NCBI GenBank assembly: GCA_030265395.1
Contig: JARFYF010000001.1
Coordinates: forward strand, 41,323,448 to 41,387,447
DNA length: 64,000 bases
Reading direction: 5' to 3'
Origin: Rhina ancylostomus
Taxonomy: Eukaryota
A program made the translations under genes and the position numbers. This document shows positions 11,801 through 25,860 of the stretch, one piece after another; position 1 is the first letter of the stretch; each line of letters opens with the position of its first letter. The notes below the pieces were generated by a model. That model had not been told where the DNA came from and made no database searches. It saw nothing but the letters and a program-made list of their open reading frames with translations.

Positions 11801-14800
11801 AGGACAGACTAGGGCCTGCTTTTATTACAGGTTTTAAGGACCTTTATGTACAAACACATTAGCTCATGAAATTTCATCCCATAAAAACAATGTTAAGTTG
11901 TCAATAGAAATGAGGTAACTTTAACATCAATAAATTGATTTAATATTGTGGATTTTGTGGCTGTGTGTAATCTACCCATCACCAACAGGTGGAGCCCATG
12001 TTACAGAATTCACATCTGTGTTGTGCTATTCTCTTGAGATGCAACCTTAATTTAGGTTTCAAAATCGTTACTCAAGCACAGAAAATAGATCTAATGTTTC
12101 TCTATATGCTGTTATTTTCAACAGACATAAATAATCACTTAAAGGTAAATTTCACAATTTATATTGTAAATTGTAATAGCATTCACAAATAGAGAGGACA
12201 TGAGGATACAAAGACACAATGCATCCATTTCAACAAGCTAAGTTCAAATGTTTGTAAAGAGCATCCATTTACTTCTATTAGATATTCAAGGACAACTATC
12301 AACCATGATAGATGCAGAGTCAGGGTGTCATTGCTACAACTATGCATATGTTGACAGAATACCTTTATTAGTTGTCTGTTAGGTTCCACAGCCTCACTGA
12401 TTGTCACATTTTGCAACCAAAGACATTAAATATTTAAAATAACCATACTATATAAAGAATGAAAAATACCGTCTACAATCATTCCCATATTTCATGTGAA
12501 ATAGCATGAAAAGATGGAACAACCATTTTCAGCCAGATGGAATAGAGATAGTATTTTAAATATAAATATCAGATATGAACTCTGTTTCTTCATTTACTAG
12601 CTTTTATATGGAGTATTCCAATTAAGATTTATGCATTAAAAATTAGGCAATAAAACCAAGTAACTTAATGTTGTTTAAGGAAGATGCAATATTTTCCATA
12701 GAGCAATCATAATCAAATCCCAGCCTCTAGTTGGGCAATTTCAATTCCAGACTTCTTTATATTAAGTTTAGATAATAGAGATGATTTTTAACTGGGCTGT
12801 GGGTAGTAAAAGAGAAAGGAGCAGAAGAGTACCATTCTTCTTGGCAACTTTGTGCTCCTTCATGGATTTTGAATATCATATTTCCAGACAATTTTAGGTG
12901 AAAAGTCTTGGACTTTTAACCATTTCTATTCAATAACAAACTTAGCTATTTAAAATTTAATGGTGATTGGCAGAGCATTTTTTCTAACAATAAGATGTCT
13001 CACCCTCTTTAAGATTAGGGTTAGGCTTGTGCTTAACTCTAAACCTCACCTTATCCTTAATTTATCCATAAATTTGCATTTAACTGTAATACAAAACAAG
13101 AAGTATTGCACTTGTTGCTTATTATGTGCCTGACTCAATATTCAGATCCATTAACCCTATATAAATATAATTCTTCTGTGGTTATCCTTGGATTGCAGTA
13201 TATATAATCATGAAAAAAAGTCCTTACTGGGGTGAGTAGCATTATCCTGTTGACCAAAGATATTTGTTAGCTTGACATGTTGAAACTTCCGTAATTTGTT
13301 GACCTATTTGTACTTAGTAAGGTTCTTCCATCTGATCCTTATCAAAAGGGCATCAGTTATGTGATTTATTGACTACAGAGTCCCTTGTAATAGTGGGTTT
13401 CTTCGTTGACAGTTTCATAGTTATTCTATAACTGATTCCCTGAGCAGAATGAAAAATTTCTCTCAGGCTGCAAAAATATATGAAGCTTCCAACAGCTATT
13501 GTCTTGAAGTCACCTTGAGGAAGTGAGGAGACTCTTATGAAAGGTTCTGTATGTCTGATGAAGAGTGTCCATTACCTTAAATCTCTAATCACTACTGCCT
13601 CTGCTGAGGGAAGTATATCCTTCCATACTACTCTACTAAGACCTCACATCACTTTCCACACCTCAATTAAGTCTCACTGCAGCCCCTCTGTTTCACAGCA
13701 ATGACCCCAGCCTTCCAGTCCTGGTAACACTCCCATTAACCTTGTTACTGTATCGTATCTTTCCTGTAATGTGGAGGAACACTCTCATCTATTGTATTTT
13801 TCGTGTAATGCAGAAGACACAGCGTTACACAATAAGTCAGCTGGACCTAATATGTTTTATGCAGTTCCAGCATCACTTCCTTGTTATGCTATTCTTTGAC
13901 TTAACTAATAGAGTATGCCATGTGTCTTAATAAGATTGTGGTTTATCTAACTGTAATCTCAATTTCATATTCCCATCTACCTTGCTTATCAAAGACTTAA
14001 ATGTCTCCACATTCAAGACATTCTCTGATTCAGTCACATCAAATTCTTGCAGACTTCACCTGGCCACTTTTCTACATTTAGGTGAGATCTTTTCTGAAAC
14101 TTCTGGGCTGGATTGTTCTGGACCTGGAAATCAGCACACCACCTGCACACCCCATGGTGGATGCAGCAGCCTTATCTGGCTGGCCTTCGTGCCCTCAAAT
14201 TGAGTGTTGAACTCTAAACATTGATTTGGGGGGGGGGGGGGTTGTCAAGGGGGCNNNNNNNNNNNNNNNNNNNNNNNNNNNNNNNNNNNNNNNNNNNNNN
14301 NNNNNNNNNNNNNNNNNNNNNNNNNNNNNNNNNNNNNNNNNNNNNNNNNNNNNNGGGCGCAGAGCTAGTTCATTAAAGCTGTCATTGAGTTTACTATTTT
14401 TAATAGCTCTGGCATTAAGGACCACATGAAACCTGTTAAAATTGTAATTAAAATATGATTTTAAAATTAAAAATGTTAGTTCAAAATACAATACAAAAAA
14501 TAACAAATATTTAATTAAAATAGAATAAAAATGAATTAGCTTCCTCATAGCTACCAATCTGCAGACCCTGAATCCTCACTGAATTAAATGGATTTTCAGG
14601 TTTTGTTCCACTGCTGGATTGCATTGGACTCATAGTACTAGCTGCTTGAATGCTGGCTATTTTGTTTGGAACTACCTGCTGTACCTGCAGGATTTGGCCT
14701 TCAGCATATTTACCTCCAAAACTGCAACCTAGTTCAGGCTCCCCATTTAGGCTCCAGCTTGCCTACAATAATGAAATGAACAACACTTACATTTAGGTAC

Positions 14801-15112
14801 CAAAAGACCAGCAAATTAAAGCCATCACCACTCTGGACTTCAGATGTGAATGGTCACACCATCTGACTTTCAATTGCAGAACCTTATTCTGCTCTGCTCC
14901 TTACCTCAGCCCAACCTTTGTTCATTAATCCTCCTAATGTGGGCATTACTCACAAATACCCAAAAGGATAATGAGGAAAGAGGAGGAGAGTTGGATAGCT
15001 CCTTCAGAGAACCACACAGGCAAGAAAGGCTGAATGGCCTCCTTCTCTGCTGTATTATTTTGTGAATCTATAACCTTCAGCTGACTCTAAACTCTACTGC
15101 CAGTATCCCATC

Positions 15113-15799
15113 TGTTACGAACCAGCAACAAAAGAAACAGAGTCATGATTCAGTATTAAAAACTACTTTATTAATAGCTACTTACGATAATAAGAAAAAT
15201 AAAAGTTAGAATGTTAGAAGTAAAAATGTTAAACTTTGAACATTAACCCCAAAACTAAACTCGTCATGTGTATGTGGCAAATTCCCAAACTCCAAGTCCA
15301 GGAATGGTTCTTAAAGTTCAGTTCAGCAAGCAATAAGGTGAAATGTGAGCAAAGGCTTCTTCAACGACCACCGTTGTCTAAAGATAAGACGTAGATGTAG
15401 AGAAAAAAGAGAGTAATTACAAAATCCAAATGTTCCACGATGGAACCCAAATGACACCTCAGTGTTTACTTGGTAGTGACTTCCTCACCCCGAAAAGCAT
15501 CTGATTTGTGGCCATCCACACAAATAACTGTTTCCCTTCACAGGTTAACGTCAAAGTGGACTCCACCGGATTACTCCAAATAATCCATACGTGGATTGTA
15601 GTGACAGACACAGTTATTGTTTCTCATCCATCGATAGAGAAACTAGCAGGCTGGTGCCTCTCTCTCTCTTCTGACTGACTTCTTCAACAACATCACGACA
15701 CCTTTTATCTTCTATTGACATAAGCACGCCAATACACACACAAACACACAATGAACTATCTTAAAGGGACATTCAGCAATAGTAACCTAGTCCATAATA
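15113..15799 (-). mobile_element. Solo LTR (Gypsy-like), 687 bp, 4-bp TSD CATC
   Basis: Begins TGTTACG and ends CCATAATA (decayed CCGTAACA). CATC flanks both sides (15109-15112 and 15800-15803). Minus-strand AATAAA near 15167. Both ends match the element at 53587-53896 in opposite orientation. Confidence 0.85.
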
Positions 15800-15809
15800 C
15801 ATCCGACAG

Positions 15810-16437
15810 CAAATCCCCCTTGCCTTACTGACTCACATTGACTCAGTCTGGAAAACCTCATGATGTAATCCCTCCCTGGGTTTACCCATTCATTTCCCTG
15901 TAATTCTCTCCTATAATCCTCCTCTGCACTATCAATTTCCTCGACTGGGATCAAGTATTCACCAGTCCTTTGACCTTTGATGTTCAAGTTTCTCAGGCCC
16001 CACATGCAATAAAAAGATCCCTAAACCCTTCAGAATTTTCACCTCCATCTTGTCCTTTAAGACCTTCCTAAAATCAGGCACCTTTGATGAATCATCTCTT
16101 CTGCTAATCTCATTTCTGTGCATTAGCATACATTATTCTAATTACACCTTTGTGATCTACTTTGAGATATTTTTCTATGTTTATGGCACCACTTAAATAC
16201 AAGTTGTTCACATTGTCACTGAAGGTGGATTGACCTTTAGATGGCATGTTCAATTTATCTCTGTTGTCTAAAATGTCTTTTTTTTGTAGTATGGGAGAGT
16301 GGGATGTACTGGAGGCCAGAATGAAGGACGTATGGTCTGGGATGAGGTCTGCAGGAAGTTGCAAGGCCAGGGATGATATTTTGATTATAGCATTGGAGGT
16401 CATTTGCCCCATCAAGTCTATGCAAGTGCAAATCATT
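15810..16437. mobile_element. L2-type LINE fragments
   Basis: Plus-strand L2-like tail (cctttaagaccttcctaaaa...taaatacaagttgtt) followed by a purine-rich minus-strand fragment. Confidence 0.45.
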
Positions 16438-16839
16438 NNNNNNNNNNNNNNNNNNNNNNNNNNNNNNNNNNNNNNNNNNNNNNNNNNNNNNNNNNNNNNN
16501 NNNNNNNNNNNNNNNNNNNNNNNNNNNNNNNNNNNNNNNNNNNNNNNNNNNNNNNNNNNNNNNNNNNNNNNNNNNNNNNNNNNNNNNNNNNNNNNNNNNN
16601 NNNNNNNNNNNNNNNNNNNNNNNNNNNNNNNNNNNNNNNNNNNNNNNNNNNNNNNNNNNNNNNNNNNNNNNNNNNNNNNNNNNNNNNNNNNNNNNNNNNN
16701 NNNNNNNNNNNNNNNNNNNNNNNNNNNNNNNNNNNNNNNNNNNNNNNNNNNNNNNNNNNNNNNNNNNGTAGGTTAATTTGGTGTTTAAAATGGTCGGTGT
16801 GGACTCGTTGGGCTGGAAGGGCCTGTTACCACGCTGTAA

Positions 16840-18180
16840 ATAAATGGCCAAACCAGTGTTTTATAAAGGTTCATCATGACTTCTTTGTTCTTGTACTCCA
16901 AACCCCTATTTATAAAGTCTAGGATCCTGCATGCTATTTTAACCAATATTTTCAGCCCACCTTGCCACTTCCAATGAACCATGCACATTACCCCAGATCT
17001 TCATGTTCTTGAACCCCTATTTATGTTACCGTTTCTCACTCATCATACCAAAATGTAATATCTCACATTTGTCAGTATTAAATTTCATCTGCAGTGATAC
17101 CCATCTATTCCACTACCCTGTCCATTTATCACATGCCTACAGTTCAATATGCCTCCAAGTTATGTATTGGTCGCAGATTTGGAAATTGTTCTCTGTGCAC
17201 CCAAGCTGAAGTCATTGATAAATTAAGAAAAGCTGTGGATATGGTACTAATCTCTGGGGAATTCCACACTACAATTCCCTCCAATCTAAAAGACAACTTT
17301 TTGACACTTGAAAAAGCAAAAAAAGAAAGCCAGATTTTTCAATTTGATGAAAAGCCTATTTTGTGGAACCTTATCAAAAGTCTTTTAAAATCCATTGACA
17401 CTACCTCAATTATATTTCCTTTATTCACCCTTTGTTTGACCTCATCAAAAAACTCATTAGTTGAGCAAATTTTCCTTTAACAAATCCATGCTGACTTTCT
17501 ATAATCAATCCATACATGTCCAAATGACTGCTAATTCTGTCCCCAGTTATTGATTTTGACACTTACCCCACTACTAAAATTCACTTCAACTGTATCTTTT
17601 AAACAGAAAGTGCAATATTTACCATTTTTTCAATCCTCAGGCACCACCTTTGAATGGCTAGATGCTTGGATTGGAAGATTATGGCCATTGCCTCTGCAAT
17701 TTCCTCCCTTACTTTCTTTAGCAACTAGCAGGCATCCCGTCTCATACCATCTCTATAAAGCTTTTCCCTATCCAGAATCTCAATTACATCTTCTGTTGCT
17801 GAGACATCAGCAGCATCTTCTCCAAAGACTGATTTAAAGTATTCACTTGTTATCTTAATCATGGTCCCTGCCTCCACAAGTAGATTACTTTTTTGGTCTC
17901 TTTATGCTCCCTCCACTTCTCCTCTTAAAACCCTTTTTACATTCATATGCCTAAAGAATATATTTAGATTCCCTTCTATATTTGCTGCCAGTCTTTTCTT
18001 ACGAACTTTCTCATCTTCTCTTATATCCTTTTTTACTTCTCCTCTAAACTTCCTATAATCAGCCTGGTTCTCACTTGCATTACAAGCAGGCATCAGTCAG
18101 ATTTTTTGCTCAATTTTTCCTCTATCTGATCACACAGGGAGCTATGGCTGTAGTTTCTTTACTCCTCACCCTCAAGGGAA
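16840..18180 (-). mobile_element. Highly degraded CR1 ORF2 fragments
   Basis: Minus-strand ILDFINRGLEYKNKEVMMNLYKTLV and YRKFRGEVKKDIRE...RLAANIEGNLNIFF. Confidence 0.8.
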
Positions 18181-18329
18181 TTCTACAATTCCAGTTTATC
18201 CAAGCTAGGTCAGTTCTCAACGCATTGAAAATGACCTTTCATCAGTTGACTGTTTTTATCTTCAATTGCTGTTTTCTAGATATTCCCCTTGGCTTGATTC
18301 ATTTCTCAGAATCAAGTTCAGCAATTCAC

Positions 18330-19140
18330 TTTGATCCATACATCTACAGATTGAGAAAGTTTGCCTGAACACACTTCAGAATATCCTCTATCCATTCCAG
18401 AATTGATAGGCAAGACTATTGCATGATGTTCAATTCCATTCACAACCCATCCAGGGCTCCTTGCAGAAAGACCTAAACAACGTTCAGACATGGGCTCAAG
18501 TGACAACTAACATTTATGCCACACATGACATCTTCCAACAGGGCAGAATCCAACTACCTACCCGAGATTCAACTGAATTACCATCACCAAGTACTCCACC
18601 ATCAACATCCTGAGGGTCATCACTGACCAGAAACCTAACTTGAACAGCCACATAAATTGTGACTAAGAGAGCATATTAGTGGCTGTGCATCCTGATACAT
18701 CTGAAAACTCGCCAACTACAACACATCACCATCAAAAAAGCACAAGTCAGGACTGATTGGTTGAGTCCAACTCCTCTCAATGAGCTTGAAACCATCAAGA
18801 ACAAAGCAGCCCACTTAATTGCCACCCATTCATCACAAGCATTCACACAGCCCATCAACATTCCACCATCATTGCTTGCATAATTGCTTACACAATTGAT
18901 TGCACAATTGCTTGCAAGCTCCCCCTCAAAGCCACACAATGTATTAGTTTGGCAACATATTGTTGTTTTGTTGCTGCAATATATTGATGCTGGGTCTAAA
19001 TTCAGAGACATCCTACCCAATAGCATTTTGGAGTACCTTCGCCACCAGGGTTGAGGGAAATTCAAGGTGGTGGTGGTGCCTCATTATCTTTTCAAAGGCA
19101 AAGAGAGAAGGACAACAAATGCTTGCCATACCTATGATAA
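18330..19140 (+). mobile_element. LINE (CR1/L2 group) RT 3' fragment
   Basis: LQKDLNNVQTWAQ and atcaacatcctgagggtcatcactgaccagaaacctaactt. The same family occurs at 47490-48120. Confidence 0.65.
18871..18918 (+). repeat. 4 x 12-bp minisatellite
   Basis: attgcttgcata attgcttacaca attgattgcaca attgcttgcaag. Confidence 0.8.
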
Positions 19141-22100
19141 TCTTGCTGCATTCCATTTCTTTATCCTGCAACCTGTAGTGAGTGATGGACACATTTCCTA
19201 CCAATAATTGCTTTTTATTTTTCACAATGTAGTAAAAATACAACTAACCTTGCAGGGAATTAGAAATGCAAAAGAAATATTTATCATACTAAAGGAAGTC
19301 CTTCATTCGACTCATTAGATTCTTAAAATAATCATTAGTAATTTTTATGCATAATGAAAATTTGTAAATTGCCAACTTTATATTCAGCCACTGAATATAA
19401 CTGAGTAATGTATTGCCATATTGTTGCAAATATATTTAAACCCACAATGATTTTCTCCCATCTTATTTTTGAAATGAGCTGCAATCTTTACTTTCAGCTC
19501 TAAATCAATCTTGTCAACATGTCTCTATACTTTAGCTCTACTTAAAGGTTATGATGGGGAGATAGATTATTTTCTCCCAGGCACCTATAGTAACACGAAT
19601 TTTGAAAAAGTGGCCATTATCAATCACCTCATGAAATCAGGGAGAAATCACTAACCATTTCACATTTTCAAGCACAGAGAGAGATGGTACTTGAGGAAGG
19701 CTGATCCTTTACTACTCATACAAGCTTTCCATTGCCACAGATGCCTGGGAGAAAATTACCCATCTCCCAACCACAAAGTTGTGTTTCAAAAGTTTTAGAA
19801 TTTTAAAAAAATATTATTCTATTACTTCCAGTATAAATTAAGTTTAATTACTAATCTGCTGATGAGTAACATTTGTTTGATATATGAATATTCTCTGTGC
19901 AGTGACTGACTAAGCTCATTGCATGGGGCACTCATCAGTAAGTGAGTTCCTGATTTCAGCCTCAGAACAATGGAAATTCAGACAGCATGAGCTGCTGTTT
20001 CTAGCTTCCTGTTACAACAGGTGCCTTACCCATATCCTAACTCTTTCAGAAAATAGCATGAGCTGCAGATATCAGGAGGAGGAGAATTTATTAAGCAATT
20101 TCTGATTTATTTTGAAATTGTAAGTAGCACATATTCTTCATAGGCTCAGAAATCTGGAAAGATTGCTGTTTTCTGAGGTCCACAAGTGCTCGGTCATCAA
20201 GTATATTTAATATCAGTAAATCTTTGGACTCAAACAGTATCAAAAGTGGTGGTGATGGGCTAGAACTGGCATTTAAGAGAGATCACACATGATTTTACTG
20301 CCAGAGGGGACTCAAGAAAGCTTATGATCTACTTCTTGTCCTTTTTCTTTGTTGTCTTGTGCAATAATCCAAAATTATTTTCTCCTAACAGAAATAAGTA
20401 GCTCAAGACACTGAGAAACATTGAGTTAGGATAATATTCCCACAGATGGTAGACCCAGCCCCAAAGGCAAAGTCTTGAGGCTAAATTGTAAATGTTGGTA
20501 ATATGGAGGATAGAAGCACGAGAATCTCATTGTATTTGATGAATTCAAATACTACCATCAGGTGAATGCTGCAAGTGTTTGGCCAATCAATTTGTTTTAA
20601 CATTTGAGTTTGTTTTTCTCACCATTGAGGCTAAATAGCTTGAATTTTTACAGTTAATTATATTGATTTAGGGGGCTATTATGAGATGGAGAATTTCTGT
20701 GGACTATTACAATCAGGTGATGTAAGGCTATGGTGTTCAATGAGGGCACAGCAACAAAATAGGTAAATTACCAGACTGGTAATTTAGAGTCATGAATATG
20801 AAGCTGACCAAAGCAATAGGAAAATTGACTTTAATGTAATAAATTTGGAATGAAAAAGCACAACTAGAAATGGGAACTGCACTTACTGTAACAATGCATT
20901 CAGTTTACTAATGTTGTCTAGGGAAGGAAATTTGCCATCCTTACCTGGCCTGGTGATCTCAGAGCCACCAATGTGGTTGATTCTTATTTGCCTAATAAAA
21001 TGGCTTAGCAAGGAATGATCAGAAATGGATAACAAATGGTAGGCTTGCCTGGGATATCTGGATCCAATAAATGAAAATAAACTAGCAGACCTTAAATGTT
21101 CTTCTTGCCAACATCATCAAACCAGTTTCAAGATTAGCTCAGAACTATAGGTTTCAAAGGGAAACAAGTAGGCACAAACTTGTGCAAAATTAAATTAAAA
21201 TCAATTACAAAGGATCTACAAATTCCTTGGACATAAATAAATAGATCATCTTTCTATAAATGTATTTTGTCTGGAGCCAAATTAATCATTCAGTTTTTGC
21301 CTGATAAACTTCGAAGCTATCACAGTTAGTACGATGTTTTATTAAATCCAATTACAAGGATAAACGTATGTCACAACATTACAGTCTATGTAATACACTG
21401 TCATTTTTCAGGGAAGGGTCATCTAAATCTACATGACTTAGCCCTCTACCCCATACAAATTCACGTTAAAATGTGCACATCTGAAATTAGACACTGAAAT
21501 TGACTAAAGTCTGAAAATAAAACCAAAGAGAGATAGCCAAAACAATAGACATCCAAAAGTGAAAACAATCTTGAAACCAGAAACTGATATTCATGACCTG
21601 TACGATCCAGAAATGCTAAAAAAAATTGTAAATGCCAAAGTCTGACTGAGAGAAGAAAAATAATTTAAAAAATACAGCAGAAAGTTGTTCAGTTGATTTA
21701 TTTTGAACAAAAGAAAATTTATTGAAAGATCAGATCATGAATAAATCAACTGAGAAAATACAATTTAAAAAGATTCCAATCACGAGGCATGACCGTTCCC
21801 ACTTGCTCACCAAAACTGTAATAATCCACCTTGTTAAACTGCTGCAATCCACGCAGTGTAGGATCACCAACAATGTGCATCAACTTGATCTAATTGAGTG
21901 ATCACATTAGAAAGTGGCTAACAGCAAACCATAAAGTGTTCAGAGTAATGTACCAGCTGAAAGGGTAAGGATGCAGATTGCCCTTCCTATATGCCATTTG
22001 TGAACAATATGGGTTTTAACAACAATCCAACAATTTCACATGAGCCTTAATTTGGTTCCTTTCAATGAACTAGTAAACTAACAACTCTAGTGGGATTTGA

Positions 22101-22249
22101 ACTCGTGCTTCTATATCATTAATCTAGAATTCAAGATTACTGATCGAGGAATATCAAAAATAGATGCCATGAAATAAGTGTACTGCTATTAGTTGCCCAG
22201 TTCCCATTTTGGTAAATAGCCATTTCATTTTTTTTTACAGAGGTTGCAA

Positions 22250-22465
22250 ATAAGAGTCAGTCATACAGCTGTACAGCATGAAAACAGGCCCTTTGGCCAA
22301 CTTGTCCATGCTGACCAAGTTGCCCAATCAAGCTAGTCCCATTTGCCTGCGCTTGGCCCATAATCTCTCTAAACCTTTCCTATCCATGTACCTGTCCAAA
22401 TATCTTTTAAATATCATTCTTGTACTTGCCTCTACAACTTTCTCTGGCATCTCGTTCCATGTATG
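22250..22465 (-). mobile_element. CR1 3' tail fragment
   Basis: TWNEMPEKVVEASTRMIFKRYLDRYMDRKGLE. A similar piece lies at 42130-42260. Confidence 0.8.
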
Positions 22466-22859
22466 ATTCATTATATTCCAAATATGAGGGGGCATAGGTC
22501 TTCTTTGAGAACGCATTAACATCTTTTCAACACAAATGAAATTCAGAATCTGGACCGAGTTTCAATCCAATGTAGAATGCAATTAGCATTTCAGTTGCAT
22601 TTTAAATGGAAATAATTGCATAACATAGATCATTACCACAATGTTTTTTTCTTAAAATAGGATTTCTTAACAAATGTAGTTTCTAATTATCATAAATGCA
22701 ATTGTTAAAGTAACACTGACCGAATTGTTGGAATTCCTGATCAGTATTTTTGTATGATGCCATTCACGTCATACTGTACGCATTTTTCATTCTGTTGGGT
22801 AGAATTTAAAGGAGACAAGAGACCACATTGTGAGCATCAAATGCAGTTTACTAAATTGG

Positions 22860-23470
22860 AAGTGCAAGAGAATCCCTGTTACACCTGAAAGGAACATTAG
22901 AGTCCCTGGATGGTGGAAAGGGAAGAGATAAAAATACAGGTATCGAATTTTCGTTGCTTGCATAGCAAAATACTGAATGGGTGCTGATGGAGATGGTAGG
23001 AGTAACTAGGGATCTAACAAGAGAATTTGGCTTTAGGTGTTGGCCTGTACCACAAGAAAGGTTCAGTCTGCAAGGGTTACCCTGAGCTTCCAGTTGCCTG
23101 TCAGTTGAATTCACCATCTCACTCTGATCTCTATATTTAGCCTCCTAAAATGTTCCAACAAAGCTTAACAGAAGTTGAGAATCAGCATCTCATATTCCAT
23201 CTATGAATGGTATAGACTCAGGACCCAGCATTGAGTTCAGATTACTAGCTTCTCTTGTTTGCGTCTCAACTAACCAGTTCTGATGCAGAGTCATCAACCT
23301 GTCAAAGTAACTATTTTTCTCTCCACTAATGCTGGCTGACCTGCTGAGCATTTGCAGTATTTTATTTCAGATTTCCAGCCATGGTTGCAATTGTCCTCTT
23401 TTCCATTTCATCTCCTACTATTTACAGCTCCTCCATTCAGATCACCCTCTAACTGCCAAAAACAACAATC
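22860..23470. mobile_element. Penelope-like element fragments
   Basis: GIY-YIG-region remnants in both orientations, plus the tail gctggctgacctgctgagcatttgcagtattttatttcagatttccagc. Confidence 0.55.
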
Positions 23471-25860
23471 TTTCAATTTCTNNNNNNNNNNNNNNNNNNN
23501 NNNNNNNNNNNNNNNNNNNNNNNNNNNNNNNNNNNNNNNNNNNNNNNNNNNNNNNNNNNNNNNNNNNNNNNNNNNNNNNNNNNNNNNNNNNNNNNNNNNN
23601 NNNNNNNNNNNNNNNNNNNNNNNNNNNNNNNNNNNNNNNNNNNNNNNNNNNNNNNNNNNNNNNNNNNNNNNNNNNNNNNNNNNNNNNNNNNNNNNNNNNN
23701 NNNNNNNNNNNNNNNNNNNNNNNNNNNNNNNNNNNNNNNNNNNNNNNNNNNNNNNNNNNNNNNNNNNNNNNNNNNNNNNNNNNNNNNNNNNNNNNNNNNN
23801 NNNNNNNNNNNNNNNNNNNNNNNNNNNNNNNNNNNNNNNNNNNNNNNNNNNNNNNNNNNNNNNNNNNNNNNNNNNNNNNNNNNNNNNNACAATATGTTCA
23901 CCACTGATTAAAAATCACATGACTAAATATACCTTCAAATTTCCAGAACATTACATGTTCAATTAGCAAATTGAACAATGTTGGACAAGTTTGGATTGTG
24001 TTCAAACTTTATCATAGGCTGAGTTTTCCATGTGCAGGTGTTTCAACTGTGCCATTACCAAAGACAATAAGGTAACGTGTGACAAAGTGTTGTCTTTATT
24101 TGGATATTCTCCTTTAGGGAGCTCCACGGATTCTCTAACCTTTTTGTATGTGGTTCATACTTTCACTGAGAACTCGATGAACTCATTGAACAGGGAGACA
24201 GAATAGAGTAGCATATTTCCAAGTCCTTGGCAGCAAAGAACAAATTTGAAGGACTCCAACCTCCTGAATATTTCAGTCGACAACTTTGCATTGAGTGCAA
24301 AAGTATCCATAGCTAAATGGATTAGCACATCATCTTTAATCTGGAAGACATGCACAGTCTCTGAAATCTTTACAGGTTGGGCATGGAAACCAGTATTCCA
24401 GGCACTCTAGCATCAAGGCAACTTTGATATTCAGGGTGAGAATGATTTGAAGACCACTCAGGAATAAACAGATCAGCCTGTTTTTATCTTTACCTTCAAT
24501 GACATGAAATATATGGATGTTTTCCAACCACAATGAGTAGGCAAGCAAATACTAAAAGTTAATACTGTGATTATTTTACAACCATGAGGTTCTAGTTTAC
24601 CAGCATGCTGTTTTATGCTTCTGCACTGCAACACTCACCTTCATATTCTTAATGGCAATCATGTTCATTTTCTGAATTATTTTTCCAGTTTCTCCTATGA
24701 CGTTTCAAACAAATCTGGTTACAAAGAATATTACATACTAATCAAAAATTAAATGCTAAATATTAAAGTGTTTAGGTTGTCACCAAGTTGTATTGAATTC
24801 TGGATTTAATTTTTTTTGAAAGCTTCTATTTTCAAGTAAATTAATGTACATCTCACTTGAATAAACATCTAAATTCAATCTTCCATCCAGTTGATCCATC
24901 GGGGATGTTCATTTTCAACAGATCTCATGAACATATTGAGATGAAGATAGCCAGCTGCATCTCCTCATTACTCTAAACATCTGTGCAATCAAATGTATCT
25001 AATGAGCTTCCGGTGCTTCCTTCATTGTCAGCCTTATAAGGAAGCTTCAAGTACTGTACTTTATAGAAAGTTAGACTCCACTGCTTCAATGCTTCCTTAC
25101 AAAATACTTAATGTTTCAGACATTATGGACTTTCTATAAGTTATAAAATTTAGAAACGCAAGAAAGTTTTCATATTTTACAACTTTAAAATATCCATGGT
25201 TGTAAAGTAGAATATTTTTTGACATTAAGAACTGTTTGAACAGCAGGTTTTGTTGGTTTTCTAACATTTTGAAAAGAACTGCCAATGTTTCTCAATATTA
25301 AGTGCAAGTATGCAAAGCCCAAGATTACTGGTTGAGCTCTGGTGGTGATTCCTGGCTGTGCTCAGTCACTGGACTCTGCATGGGAGTTCAACTGTACAGC
25401 AGTAATTTCCCAGCATAGAATTTGCTCTTTAATCCAGTGCCAGATTAGACAGCACAGAATATTCATTTGAATAGAGTTTTTATAATTGATAAGAAAGTAA
25501 AGGGGAAATTACATTTTAAAATTTGTGATTGCAGTAATATTTTAATTTTTTTTTAATGATTTGAAAGGTATAATTCACCTTTAATCCTAAATCCCTAATA
25601 TCTTAAGTTTTTTGTTAAGAAGCACTGGAGGTATGTAGTTCAAGATGGTCTGGAGCTTTGTCACTTAGATCCAGGACCATCCCAGGTAGAAAGATTACCT
25701 TTCTCTGGTGGAACAAGGTAAGCAAGTGATACCAGCACATTTCAGGGGTGGTTGTAGGCAGTGGGCCCCACTCAAAAAAATCAAGACCAATATCTGATAT
25801 GTTGCAATGAGCTGTATTTACATAATCTCTTTACACCTCCAGATATTTCAGAGGAATGTT

